A stretch of 64,000 bases of DNA from a virus. The notes beneath the pieces were generated by a model that ran no database searches, had not been told where the DNA came from, and saw nothing but the letters and a program-made list of their open reading frames with translations. The stretch covers positions 83,840-147,839 of the IMG/VR virus record IMGVR_UViG_3300017917_004222; one strand, 5' to 3'. Below are positions 19,825 through 29,563 of this stretch, piece by piece; positions within the stretch are counted from its first letter, which is position 1; each line of letters starts with the position of its first letter. The position numbers and the translations under genes are program-made.

Positions 19825-20595
19825 ATGGCCGAGCAACAACAGGATACCCTATCTGTACTGAAACAACAACTGATTGACTACGTCAAGCTACAGCTGGGCG
19901 ATCAAATCGTAGACATCGAACTGGACCCAGCCCACTACGAGGCTGCATACCAGCGCACCATTGGCACTTATCGCCAACGGGCTAACAATGCATATGAAGA
20001 AAGCTACAGCTTCTTCATGCTGGTCAAGGATCAAAACGTTTACCAACTGCCGCAGGAAGTCATGAGTGTGCGCCAGATTTTCCGCCGTACATTTGGTGAT
20101 GCAACCGGACCCTACGCTTCAAACTTTGACCCGTTTGCACAGGCCAGTATCAATGTTTATCTCATGAACTTCAACGTGGCTGGCGGTCTTGCCACATACG
20201 ACTTCTACAGTCAATACGTGGAACTGGCAGCCCGCATGTTTGGCGGTTATGTGAACTACACTTTCAACCCAGTGACCAAAATGTTGCAAATCATTCGTGA
20301 CCCCAAAGCCACTGGTGAAACTGTGTTGTTGTGGACCTACAACCTCAAGCCTGAAATTCAACTGTTGAGCGACATGCAAATCCGGCAATGGATTCGTGAC
20401 TACATGGTGGCCAACTGCAAGTTGATCATTGGTGAAGCTCGCGAGAAGTTTGCCAGCATTGCGGGCCCACAAGGTGGAACCAGCCTCAACGGTGCAGCAA
20501 TGAAAGCTGAAGGCCAGGCGCAGATGGATGCCCTGATCGAACAGCTCAAAATGTATGTAGACGGAAGCCAGCCGCTGACCTGGGTGATTGGATAA
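19825..20595 (+). CDS. Neck protein (T4 gp13-like)
   Basis: 'LIDYVKLQLGDQIVDIELD..KFASIAGPQGGTSLNG' is gp13-like. TAAATA at 19802, GGAG RBS. Confidence 0.75.
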   Translation: MAEQQQDTLSVLKQQLIDYVKLQLGDQIVDIELDPAHYEAAYQRTIGTYRQRANNAYEESYSFFMLVKDQNVYQLPQEVMSVRQIFRRTFGDATGPYASNFDPFAQASINVYLMNFNVAGGLATYDFYSQYVELAARMFGGYVNYTFNPVTKMLQIIRDPKATGETVLLWTYNLKPEIQLLSDMQIRQWIRDYMVANCKLIIGEAREKFASIAGPQGGTSLNGAAMKAEGQAQMDALIEQLKMYVDGSQPLTWVIG

Positions 20596-20598
20596 TTC

Positions 20599-21045
20599 AT
20601 GTACCCATTGACATTTTACATCAAGTCCAAGCAGGTTCTTCGTGGTTTTGCAGGACTGACTTTTGGTCCTGTGGTGCTGATTGACGAAGCATATCGCAGC
20701 GATCGCGGCCTGCTGGTGCATGAACTCACACATGTTCAACACTGGGCAGTGCTCACAGCATTGTGTTGGGCTGTGTTGTGGTGGTTCATGCCTTACACCA
20801 GCCCTTGGATTTTGGCAGCCGGTGCCAGTTCAGGTTATGGAATCTTGTATCAGTTTGTGGCCCCATTCCGCATGTGGGCTGAAATACATTGCTACCGCCG
20901 ACAGTTGGCAGTGTATCGGGATGAGGGCGCCAGCGCGGCCGAATTGGCACGCCGCAAGAGTCGCCTGGCCCAGATCATCATGACCAAATATGATGATGCT
21001 CACGGCAGCCGCTCGCAGTCGTGGATTGAATCTCAACTGCAATGA
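20599..21045 (+). CDS. Hypothetical protein with HExxH motif and hydrophobic segment
   Basis: 'LLVHELTHVQHW' followed by a hydrophobic stretch and 'WAEIHCY'. Confidence 0.55.
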   Translation: MYPLTFYIKSKQVLRGFAGLTFGPVVLIDEAYRSDRGLLVHELTHVQHWAVLTALCWAVLWWFMPYTSPWILAAGASSGYGILYQFVAPFRMWAEIHCYRRQLAVYRDEGASAAELARRKSRLAQIIMTKYDDAHGSRSQSWIESQLQ

Positions 21046-21575
21046 GAGCCACGGAGTTTGCCAAAAACACTTGGCACATGTTGCTGAGCACCAGTGACAA
21101 AGAGGATGCAAGCGACCAGCTGATTGATCTGGTGCAAACTGCCTATGCCGCTGCACCACGTGGCAGCTTTGTTGCCAGTCTCGGTGATGTGTTGCCCAGC
21201 GACTGGCATGTGCTGGACTGGGACCAAGATCCCGACCTGGATTGTGCTGTGTTTTATCGTGGACCCCGGGCTCGGGAAACCTGGCGTGGATTCAAAATAC
21301 AGGGCATTGGACACGATGGGCAGCCGGGCAGTCGCCGACGTGTGATCGAGCGTGTGCAGGATCTGTTGAACCGCTCAGGCTGGTGGATTGAAACCTCAGA
21401 TGCCATGCGATCGGCACTGTTGCGAGTGAACCAAACTCCTGTGACCGATGTGCGTGTGCTGCGGCGCCTGTTTCGTGATCCCGAGCTGGCGATGATTGAC
21501 CGCGTGACCTACCGACGCAGGCTCAGTGACGGCAGCTCAGTGCTGGAAACTGTGTTCGGACGGCCTGAGTTCTAA
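21042..21575 (+). CDS. Hypothetical protein (MRATEF start, possible head-internal protein)
   Basis: ATGA overlap with the previous gene; 177 aa. Confidence 0.6.
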   Translation: MRATEFAKNTWHMLLSTSDKEDASDQLIDLVQTAYAAAPRGSFVASLGDVLPSDWHVLDWDQDPDLDCAVFYRGPRARETWRGFKIQGIGHDGQPGSRRRVIERVQDLLNRSGWWIETSDAMRSALLRVNQTPVTDVRVLRRLFRDPELAMIDRVTYRRRLSDGSSVLETVFGRPEF

Positions 21576-21590
21576 CACTTGCCTATTGTG

Positions 21591-21619
21591 TTGATCTCCC
21601 CTGTGATGTTTGCTACAAT
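21591..21619 (+). promoter_or_regulatory. sigma70-type promoter, probably giving a leaderless mRNA
   Basis: TTGATC-17 nt-TACAAT, ATG at 21625, no SD. Confidence 0.6.
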
Positions 21620-21624
21620 GCAGC

Positions 21625-22146
21625 ATGCACTTGATGATCGACCTCGAAGGACTGGCAACTGGTCCCGACGCAACCATATTGACCATTGCTGCTCAGGCGT
21701 TTGACCCGTTTGGCAACAGCTATTACGATCAGCACTACTATGCTCGAATCACCTTGGAAAGCCAGGAAAATCGAGTCATTGACCAAGACACCATAGACTG
21801 GTGGGCCACACAACCAGCTGTGGTGCGCGATGAAGCCTTTGCCGAAGATGGGCGCATTCCCTTGGACCAGGCCCTGGACGAACTGGGGCGCTTGATTTGG
21901 CGCTCCCAAATGATCTGGAGTCAAGGCCCCACATACGACATGAACATCCTGGAGCATGCCTACAAGAGCTATCACAAGTCCTTGCCCTGGAAATACTACA
22001 TGGTTCGAGACAGCCGCACTGTGTTCAGTTTGTGGCCAGATCAGCCCATCCCACCCACCACTCACCATGCGTTGGAAGACTGCCGCAGACAGATCGGTAT
22101 GCTGCAGAGAACCCTGCGCCATCTCAAAGTAACAGCACTCAAATGA
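21625..22146 (+). CDS. DEDDh 3'-5' exonuclease (Rv2179c-like)
   Basis: 'HLMIDLEGLAT', 'WSQGPTYDMNIL', 'VRDSRT', 'HHALEDC'. Confidence 0.85.
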   Translation: MHLMIDLEGLATGPDATILTIAAQAFDPFGNSYYDQHYYARITLESQENRVIDQDTIDWWATQPAVVRDEAFAEDGRIPLDQALDELGRLIWRSQMIWSQGPTYDMNILEHAYKSYHKSLPWKYYMVRDSRTVFSLWPDQPIPPTTHHALEDCRRQIGMLQRTLRHLKVTALK

Positions 22147-22712
22147 CCCTACCCAAGCTACTAATCATTGGCCACGGACGCCACGGCAAGGATACCGTGT
22201 GCGAGATCTTGCGAGACCAGTTCGGATTCCGATTCCAAAGCAGCAGCGAGTTCTGCGCTCGGCAGTTCATCTACCAAGAGCTGGCACCCAAATACGGTTA
22301 CACCAGCTATGAACAGTGTTATGCAGATCGACACAACCACCGTGCCGAGTGGTTTGACATGATCTACAACTACTGCCGCGAAGACAATGCCCGGCTGGGC
22401 CGCGAGATCTTCGCTGAATACGACATCTACTGCGGCCTACGCAACCGGGCTGAGTTTCATGCCATGCGCAACACCGGTGTGTTTGACCATTGCATCTGGG
22501 TGGACCGTAGCAACCATTTGCCCCCAGAAAACGCCAACAGCATGAACTTGGAAATCTGGATGGCTGACTATGTGATCGACAACAACGGCACCCTACAAGC
22601 TCTTGAACGCAACGTGTGCGACTTGGCTAGGCATCTGGTGTCAAATCACCTCGCCGCCACACAGAATCAGACTTTGATAAATCGATCTCGCAGTTACGGC
22701 ACACAGTTTTGA
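22143..22712 (+). CDS. Deoxynucleoside monophosphate kinase-like P-loop protein
   Basis: 'LLIIGHGRHGKDTV' P-loop, 'GLRNRAE', 'DYVIDNNGTL'. Confidence 0.7.
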   Translation: MTLPKLLIIGHGRHGKDTVCEILRDQFGFRFQSSSEFCARQFIYQELAPKYGYTSYEQCYADRHNHRAEWFDMIYNYCREDNARLGREIFAEYDIYCGLRNRAEFHAMRNTGVFDHCIWVDRSNHLPPENANSMNLEIWMADYVIDNNGTLQALERNVCDLARHLVSNHLAATQNQTLINRSRSYGTQF

Positions 22713-22974
22713 GATTCTTGGCTTCGCAGTTGTTGAGATTGCCGTCCACATGATACACCAGGGTCTGCGCTGAATAACGTGCCCTGAAGCCACAGCGGTC
22801 ACACACCATCTTTTTTCGATACCCAGCTGATTCCCAGTTGGGTTTTCTTTTGGGCAAATTTTTGTTCTTGCGAATGCAGTTCTCGCAACGGCTGCGATAG
22901 TGTACTACATCGCCCTTGCGATAGTTCACAGCACATGGTCGCTGGTTACAAACTGGACATGTGGGGCGGCTCAT
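22627..22974 (-). CDS. Cys-rich HNH-like zinc-binding protein
   Basis: CxxC pairs and 'YHVDGNLNNC..NLKTVCRNC'. TATAAATA 4 nt upstream of the ATG. Confidence 0.7.
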   Translation of the reverse strand: MSRPTCPVCNQRPCAVNYRKGDVVHYRSRCENCIRKNKNLPKRKPNWESAGYRKKMVCDRCGFRARYSAQTLVYHVDGNLNNCEAKNLKTVCRNCEIDLSKSDSVWRRGDLTPDA

Positions 22975-23071
22975 CAGGTATTTATAGTCCGGACCTTGGC
23001 AAAGGGCACCCTAACAGGGGTTTTTTACAAGAACCCAATAAATATCAATAACTTGAAAGGGAACCCATAAC

Positions 23072-26000
23072 ATGGCTCTAATATCACCTGGCGTAGAAGT
23101 TAGCGTAGTTGACGAAAGTCAATTCATTCCTTCTGCTGTTAACTCAGTACCATACTTCTTGGTCGCTACAGCGCAGAACAAAGTATCCAGCGACGGCGTC
23201 ACTGTCGCAGCAGGAACCTTGGCTGCAAACGCAAACAAAACATACCTGATCACCAGTCAGCGAGATCTGGCTGCAACATTCGGCGTGCCATTCTTCTACA
23301 ACACCACTACTGGTACTCCAATCAACGGTTACGAACTCAACGAGTACGGCTTGTTGGCTGCATACAGCGCCCTGGGCGTTACCAATCGTGTGTATGTGCA
23401 ACGTGTTGACGTTGATCTGACCCAACTGTCAGCAACACTGACTCGTCCAACTGGCAATCCTGCAAATGCAACTGCCTGGGTTGACCTGGGCGCAAGTCGT
23501 TGGGGTATTCAGGAATGGAACCGCGATACCAACACATTCACAGTCAAGACTCCACTGTTGATCACCGAAGCAGCTGACATGGTTGATGCAGTCGGTGGTG
23601 ACTTTACACCGCTGACCACTATTGGCAGCATTGGCGACTACGCACTGTCGTTCTATGATCCCAGCATTGTGGGCTACTACAAGAACAACAGCAACGTCTG
23701 GGTGAAAATTGGTAGCGATGCTTGGAAATTGAGCTGGCCAACTGTGCAGGGCTCGGCTACCCCCAACTCACTCACAATTGGCGCCAACCTCCTGATCAAC
23801 GGTGTGTTGTGCACCGTGGGCGTGACAAACACCGTGAGCGGGTTTGTCGCAGTAGTCAACGGACTGTCCATTCCTGGTGTCACCGCAGCCAACGTGGGCG
23901 GCAAGTTCACTCTGTATGCAGACAGCACAGCAACCAACGATGGATCTTCAGCAGATGGCGGCATTGTCAGCATCGAAGCTGGCCCCAACAGCGGTGCTGC
24001 ATTGTTGACCGAACTGGGCATGACTGCCAACGAATATGGTGCACCTGAGTATCTGCCCAGCTACAGCTATCAAGCTCCGCGCTGGCGCCTGACTGACACT
24101 CTGCCCAAGCCAACTGGCTCTGTGTGGAACAACATGAGTGCAGCCAACAACGGTATCAATCTGGTGTTCAAGCGCTATGATTCTACCTTGGGTGCATGGG
24201 TAGCACAGTCTACTCCGGCATACTACGACGATGCTGATGCATTGTTTGGCCTTGCTCCTGGATCTGGCGGCGCCACACTGGCAGTGAATTCCACATATGT
24301 GTCGTTTGACGCCTACAGCCTAGGCGACACCGACGCCACACTGGGCTTCCGAATTCTGTCTCGCACAGCATCGGGTCCAACTGTGATCACCGGCAACGAG
24401 CAATTGAGCGGTACCCCGTTCATCGCTGGCAACCAGTTCACTCTATCTGCCACAGCAGCAGGGCAAGCAGCTCTGAACACAGCCACAGTCACAATTGGTG
24501 GCACTTCGGCGTCTGACTTTGTGGCAGCAGTGAGCGCAGCCAACGTGCCGTTTGTCAGCGCCAGCGTCAACAGCGATGGTTACATGGTTCTCACACACAG
24601 CCAAGGTGGCAACATGTACCTGGACAACATCCAGGGTCAAGGAACTCCAATTGAGGACGCAGGCTTTGTGGGCGGTCTTCCTGGTGTGCGCGTTGACACC
24701 CAGCTGAGTGCTTCTCCTGGCAGCTTGATTCTGTCCAACTGGGGTACTGCACCATATGTGCAATGGACCGCTGGCACAAGCGAGCCAACTGTGAACCCAG
24801 CTGACGGAACCCTGTGGTACTACAGCACCGCAACCGAAGCTGACATCATGATTCAGAACAATGGTTCCTGGGTGGGATACAAGACTGTGACCAACGATGT
24901 TCGTGGTTACAACCTGAGCTTGACCAACGCAACTGGCCCAATCTTTGCAACCAGTGCCCCAACCACACAAACCAACACAGCAGCAAGTCCGCTGGTACCT
25001 GGCGATCTCTGGATCGACACCAGCGACCTTGAAAACTATCCCAAGCTGTATCGCTGGGAATTGGTGGATGCTGTGGGACAGTGGGTCGCTGTGGATGTTG
25101 CTGATTCTGTGACACAGAACGGCGTGCTGTTTGCCGATGCACGTTGGGGCACAAACGGGTCTGTAAACCCAATTGAAGACCCAATCCCCACCATCACAAG
25201 CCTGCTGACCAGCAATTATCTGGACCTGGACGCACCCGATGCTGACTTGTATCCACAAGGTATGCTGTTGTGGAACACTCGTCGCAGTGGCTACAACGTC
25301 AAGAGCTTCCGTAGCAACTACTTCACACAGGCCAACTTCCCTGATGCGCCATCGTTGCCTGCTGAAGCCAACGCTTGGGTCACTGCCAGCGGCAACCGCC
25401 CCGACGGTGCAATGTATGCAGGACGCCTGGCTCAGCGACAAATGATCGTGAAAGCCATGCGAGCCGGTATCGACGGCAGCGCAGGAGCCCGAGAAGAATC
25501 CACAGAGTTCAACTTGCTGGCTTGCCCTGGCTATCCAGAGTTGATCACCAACATGGTTGCACTCAGCAACGAGCGCAACAACACTGTGTTTGTGGTTGGT
25601 GACACCCCCATGCGCTTGCCTGGCGATGCAACTGCTATCACCAACTGGAGAAACAACAACGGTGGTGATGGATTGCCATCCGGTGACGGCCTTGATGTGT
25701 CTGGATCTACATCATTCAGTCAGTATCTGGCCACTTTCTGGCCCAGCTGCCAGACCAACGACCTCAACGGCAACACTGTTGTGGCTCCTCCAAGCCACAT
25801 GATGGTACGCACAATTCTGCGCAACGACGAGATTGCATATCCGTGGTTGGCTCCGGCTGGTACACGTCGCGGTGTTGTGGACAATGCAAACGCTATTGGC
25901 TACATCGATGCAGCTACTGGCGAATTTGTGCAAGTGGGTGTGAACCAAGGCTTGCGCGATGTGCTGTACAACTTGTCGATCAACCCAATCACATTCGTGC

Positions 26001-26383
26001 CTGGTGTTGGTATCACCAACTTTGGTAACAAGACATCGACCACAATTGACAGTGCGCTGAATCGCATCAACGTGGCACGATTGGTTGCGTTCCTGAGACA
26101 GCGTCTGGACCAAATTGGCAAGCTGTACCTGTTCGAACCCAACGATCAGATCACACGCAACGAGATCACAAACACCATCAACAGTTTGATGATCGACTTG
26201 ATTGCCAAGCGAGCAATTTATGACTACCTGGTGGTTTGCGACTTGAGCAACAACACACCAGCACGCATTGACCGCAACGAACTGTGGGTGGACATTGCTA
26301 TTGAACCTGTCAAGGCCGTGGAATTTATCTATATTCCGCTGCGCATCAAGAACACAGGTGAGATCTCGGGAACAGTGGCCTAA
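23072..26383 (+). CDS. gp18: Contractile tail sheath protein
   Basis: 'MALISPGVEVSVVDES', 'PWLAPAGTRRG', 'RINVARL', 'FEPND..TR', 'IEPVKAVEFIYI'. Confidence 0.95.
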   Translation: MALISPGVEVSVVDESQFIPSAVNSVPYFLVATAQNKVSSDGVTVAAGTLAANANKTYLITSQRDLAATFGVPFFYNTTTGTPINGYELNEYGLLAAYSALGVTNRVYVQRVDVDLTQLSATLTRPTGNPANATAWVDLGASRWGIQEWNRDTNTFTVKTPLLITEAADMVDAVGGDFTPLTTIGSIGDYALSFYDPSIVGYYKNNSNVWVKIGSDAWKLSWPTVQGSATPNSLTIGANLLINGVLCTVGVTNTVSGFVAVVNGLSIPGVTAANVGGKFTLYADSTATNDGSSADGGIVSIEAGPNSGAALLTELGMTANEYGAPEYLPSYSYQAPRWRLTDTLPKPTGSVWNNMSAANNGINLVFKRYDSTLGAWVAQSTPAYYDDADALFGLAPGSGGATLAVNSTYVSFDAYSLGDTDATLGFRILSRTASGPTVITGNEQLSGTPFIAGNQFTLSATAAGQAALNTATVTIGGTSASDFVAAVSAANVPFVSASVNSDGYMVLTHSQGGNMYLDNIQGQGTPIEDAGFVGGLPGVRVDTQLSASPGSLILSNWGTAPYVQWTAGTSEPTVNPADGTLWYYSTATEADIMIQNNGSWVGYKTVTNDVRGYNLSLTNATGPIFATSAPTTQTNTAASPLVPGDLWIDTSDLENYPKLYRWELVDAVGQWVAVDVADSVTQNGVLFADARWGTNGSVNPIEDPIPTITSLLTSNYLDLDAPDADLYPQGMLLWNTRRSGYNVKSFRSNYFTQANFPDAPSLPAEANAWVTASGNRPDGAMYAGRLAQRQMIVKAMRAGIDGSAGAREESTEFNLLACPGYPELITNMVALSNERNNTVFVVGDTPMRLPGDATAITNWRNNNGGDGLPSGDGLDVSGSTSFSQYLATFWPSCQTNDLNGNTVVAPPSHMMVRTILRNDEIAYPWLAPAGTRRGVVDNANAIGYIDAATGEFVQVGVNQGLRDVLYNLSINPITFVPGVGITNFGNKTSTTIDSALNRINVARLVAFLRQRLDQIGKLYLFEPNDQITRNEITNTINSLMIDLIAKRAIYDYLVVCDLSNNTPARIDRNELWVDIAIEPVKAVEFIYIPLRIKNTGEISGTVA

Positions 26384-26389
26384 ACTGTA

Positions 26390-26411
26390 GGGGGCCGGGA
26401 AACCGGCTTCC
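26390..26411 (+). other. GAAA-tetraloop hairpin between sheath and tube genes
   Basis: gggggccgg-gaaa-ccggcttcc, followed by TAAATA at 26420. Confidence 0.5.
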
Positions 26412-26444
26412 ACAATAGGTAAATAAAGATATAGGAGATAACAA

Positions 26445-27086
26445 ATGGCAGTTTCATCACTACAGAGAATGACAGTGCCCTTGGCAAGTGACCAGAGTGC
26501 AAGCACTCAGGGCTTGCTGATGCCCAAACTGAGATATCGCTTCCGCGTGTCCTTTGAGAACTTTGGTGTAAGCAAACCCACAACTGAACTTACCAAGCAG
26601 GTTGTGAGCTTTGCTCGTCCCAACTTGAACTTTGAGCAGATTGCTCTTCCAGTTTACAACTCGACCCTGAAGTTGGCCGGACGTCACAGCTGGCAGCCAG
26701 TGCAGTGCGAAGTTCGCGACGATGCCAGCAACGCAGTTGCCAAGCTGGTGGGCGAACAGTTGCAGAAGCAGATGGACTTCTTGGAAATGAGCTCGGCCAG
26801 CTCGGGTATTGATTACAAGTTCCTGACCAAAGTTGAGATTCTCGACGGTGGCAACGGAGCTAACGAGCCGGTTGTGTTGGAAACCTGGGAACTGTACGGT
26901 TGCTACCTGGCCAGTGTGGACTACGGTCCCCTGAACTACGGTGCTAACGAAGCCGCTGCAATCACCATGACCATCGAATATGACAATGCCAACCAGACTC
27001 CTAACGGAACTGGTGTTGGTACTGCAATTGGTCGTACCCTGGGTGACGTTGTAACTGGTGCTGGTACCACTCAGACTCAGGTCTAA
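26445..27086 (+). CDS. gp19: Tail tube protein
   Basis: Follows the sheath. 'MPKLRYRFRV..ETWELYGCY..ITMTIEYDNA'; AGGAG RBS. Confidence 0.85.
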   Translation: MAVSSLQRMTVPLASDQSASTQGLLMPKLRYRFRVSFENFGVSKPTTELTKQVVSFARPNLNFEQIALPVYNSTLKLAGRHSWQPVQCEVRDDASNAVAKLVGEQLQKQMDFLEMSSASSGIDYKFLTKVEILDGGNGANEPVVLETWELYGCYLASVDYGPLNYGANEAAAITMTIEYDNANQTPNGTGVGTAIGRTLGDVVTGAGTTQTQV

Positions 27087-27101
27087 CACAAGGGGTAGCC
27101 C

Positions 27102-28241
27102 ATGAACGGTGGCGGCCCTTTCGGTCAACAAATTCTACAAGGGTTTTTTGGGTCAAGTAACTTGCGTGATTACACTCACGCAAGCAAGACCTTTCTTACC
27201 AACAGCTACGAACTTAAACCTCGGTTCAAGTTCTTGTTTCACGTCAAATTTGTGCTCAACGTGGGTGAGATTCGCGGACTGCAAAATGCTGGCATTTTTC
27301 AACAGCAAGAAATAACAAATTTGAGCTTGGCAGTCAAGACCATTGATCTGCCCAAGTATTCGGTTGATACCGAAGTCATGAATCAATACAACCGCAAGCG
27401 ACTGATTCAGACCAAGATCAACTACGATCCCATCAACATCACATTTCACGATGATGGTGGAGACAACATTCGTGAACTTTGGTATCAGTACTACAGCTAC
27501 TATTACAAAGATCCCAGCTACAAACTGGACACCACTCCCAACACCAACGGGTCCATAGGCGAGATACAGCAACAACAGACTGGATTTGGCTATCAGCCGC
27601 GAGACATCTACTCTCAGCAGCGAACAGGCAATGTCAACGACTGGGGCTTTATTGGTGAAAACTACGGCGATGCCAGCAGCGGCACCAGCGGCAAGCCACC
27701 TTTTTTCAAGCAGATTGAAATCTACGGTTTCGATCAGCACAAGTACGCCAAGTATGTGTTGTTCAATCCGCTGATTACCAACTGGTCGCATGACACTTAC
27801 GACTACAGTCAAGGCAACGGTATCATGCAAAACTCCATGACTGTGCGATATGAGACTGTCAAATATTTCAGCGGTGCACTGAGTGAGTCCAAGCCTGATG
27901 TCAACATTGGAACCTTCCCGGATCCAGCACACTACGACACCACCACAAGCCCAATTTCCCGTCCTGGCTCAACTGCCACAGTGTTTGGTCAGGGTGGAGT
28001 GTTGGAAACCGCAGATGGTATTCTCAAGGACTTGCAATCGAACAGTGTCATGGGCCTGCTGGGCGCTGCACAAAAGGCCGGAACAGCATACAACACTTAC
28101 AAAAACAAAAATCTTGCGGCCATTGCCAAGAGCGAAACAGTCAAATTGGGCACCAATGTGTTGATCAACAACTTGCCTGCAGCCACAAGAGCCATGACAA
28201 ACAAAGCTGATGGGGTATTCTTCCCCAAGGAGAAAAAGTGA
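27102..28241 (+). CDS. Tube-like baseplate/tail-tube initiator (gp48/gp54-like)
   Basis: 'KTIDLPKY..NQYNRKR..YDPINITFHDD..NPLITNWSHD..MTVRYE' is a tube-fold paralogue pattern. Confidence 0.6.
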   Translation: MNGGGPFGQQILQGFFGSSNLRDYTHASKTFLTNSYELKPRFKFLFHVKFVLNVGEIRGLQNAGIFQQQEITNLSLAVKTIDLPKYSVDTEVMNQYNRKRLIQTKINYDPINITFHDDGGDNIRELWYQYYSYYYKDPSYKLDTTPNTNGSIGEIQQQQTGFGYQPRDIYSQQRTGNVNDWGFIGENYGDASSGTSGKPPFFKQIEIYGFDQHKYAKYVLFNPLITNWSHDTYDYSQGNGIMQNSMTVRYETVKYFSGALSESKPDVNIGTFPDPAHYDTTTSPISRPGSTATVFGQGGVLETADGILKDLQSNSVMGLLGAAQKAGTAYNTYKNKNLAAIAKSETVKLGTNVLINNLPAATRAMTNKADGVFFPKEKK

Positions 28242-28597
28242 GCACAGTAAACAACACCAACTATCAGTTGGATCAGAGCGTGAGAATCTTTGACGAATTC
28301 TACAACTACGATGCTCTGGTTCCGTCTGCCGAGTATGACCTGGTGTACAGTTTCTTCAAGAAAGAAATGCCCAGCGACACGGTGGCAGCAAACTTTGCTG
28401 CCAACTTGTTTAGGGTAGCAGACACCACTGGAGTTCCAGTCATGGATCTGCTCAAGAGCATACAAGGATCCACAGGACTGCAACTCACTGCCAGCTTGGC
28501 CTACTATCTCAACAACATTCGAAGCAATGCTACTCTGCTGGGCGTGAACACCGCCACCAGCCCCAATCTCTATGCTGCACGGGCTGTGATCACATGA
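28238..28597 (+). CDS. Hypothetical protein
   Basis: GTG start with AAGGAG RBS, coupled to both neighbours. Confidence 0.65.
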   Translation: MSTVNNTNYQLDQSVRIFDEFYNYDALVPSAEYDLVYSFFKKEMPSDTVAANFAANLFRVADTTGVPVMDLLKSIQGSTGLQLTASLAYYLNNIRSNATLLGVNTATSPNLYAARAVIT

Positions 28598-29028
28598 GCA
28601 ACAACTGGGCACAGGGCTTTTACGAAGTCATGAACCCGCAAAAATATGTGGGCAATCGCCGCCCACGATATCGTTCGGGCTGGGAACTGGGATTCATGCG
28701 CTTCTGTGACACCAACGATCACATACTGCAATGGGCCAGCGAAGCCATCCAAATCCCATATCGACACCCGCTCACTGGCAAACAAACCATCTATGTGCCG
28801 GACTTTTTGATCACTTACCGAACTCGCAACAACACAGTTCGTGCCGAATTGATCGAAATCAAGCCCAAAAAACAGAGCGTGCTAGAGTCAAAAATGAGCA
28901 GTCGAGACCGTGCTGTGGTTGCAGTCAACTACGCCAAGTGGGATCAAGCTGCCAAGTGGTGTGCTGCACAAGGCATTCACTTTAGAATCCTAACCGAAGA
29001 CCAGTTGTTTCACCAAGGCCGAAAATAA
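28594..29028 (+). CDS. Head completion nuclease (T4 gp4-like, TnsA-type PD-(D/E)xK)
   Basis: 'YRSGWE..WASE..IPY..YVPDF..LIEIKP..NYAKW..FRILTE'. Confidence 0.85.
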   Translation: MSNNWAQGFYEVMNPQKYVGNRRPRYRSGWELGFMRFCDTNDHILQWASEAIQIPYRHPLTGKQTIYVPDFLITYRTRNNTVRAELIEIKPKKQSVLESKMSSRDRAVVAVNYAKWDQAAKWCAAQGIHFRILTEDQLFHQGRK

Positions 29029-29033
29029 TATCC

Positions 29034-29041
29034 TATAAATA
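29034..29041 (+). promoter_or_regulatory. T4-type late promoter TATAAATA, representative of many TAAATA boxes
   Basis: TAAATA also occurs at 4705, 7414, 7634, 17608(-), 19802, 22979(-), 23039, 26420, 29541, 35149, 38679, 42157, 45253, 51031(both strands), 55900(-) and 60721, each upstream of a gene. Confidence 0.8.
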
Positions 29042-29045
29042 TAGG

Positions 29046-29543
29046 ATGACTTTATCCAACAAACGACTCGAACAATTGTTTGATCTGCCTCCCACAGAGT
29101 CAACTGATCAGGACAATGCACCTGCGCTGCCGCCCTCAACTGAGACTATCGAAGCCATTGACCAAGCCATTGACAAGATCGACAGTGCATTGCCTGCAGT
29201 GCGCGGTCTAGATGCCAGTGACAGTGAGATGGACGAATTGGCGCAGTTGGCCACTGGCAGCTACAAAGATCTCATGGAGCTAGGCATGCAAGTTGACTCG
29301 AGATTTGCGTCAGACATATTCAGCGTGGCATCCAACATGCTGGGTCATGCCATCACTGCCAAAACAGCCAAGCTGGACAAAAAGCTCAAAATGATTGACC
29401 TGCAGTTGAAAAAGGCTCGTCTGGATCAATCACAGCCGGAAGGTGCTGCACAGCCGCAGCAGGGCACTGGTCATGTGCTGAGTCGCAATGAACTGTTGGA
29501 AAAAATACTGGCCGGTACCCGTCAAAACGGTACAAATGAATAA
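29046..29543 (+). CDS. Terminase small subunit (gp16-like)
   Basis: Helical 165-aa protein with 'YKDLMELG..IFSVASNML..KLKMIDLQLKK..SRNELL', next to the gp4-like gene. Confidence 0.6.
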   Translation: MTLSNKRLEQLFDLPPTESTDQDNAPALPPSTETIEAIDQAIDKIDSALPAVRGLDASDSEMDELAQLATGSYKDLMELGMQVDSRFASDIFSVASNMLGHAITAKTAKLDKKLKMIDLQLKKARLDQSQPEGAAQPQQGTGHVLSRNELLEKILAGTRQNGTNE

Positions 29544-29563
29544 ATATAAAACAGGATACTGAT

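Noticed and set aside
22994-23027. Terminator before the sheath gene
   Set aside because: Stems are only about 4 bp, too weak to call despite the T run.
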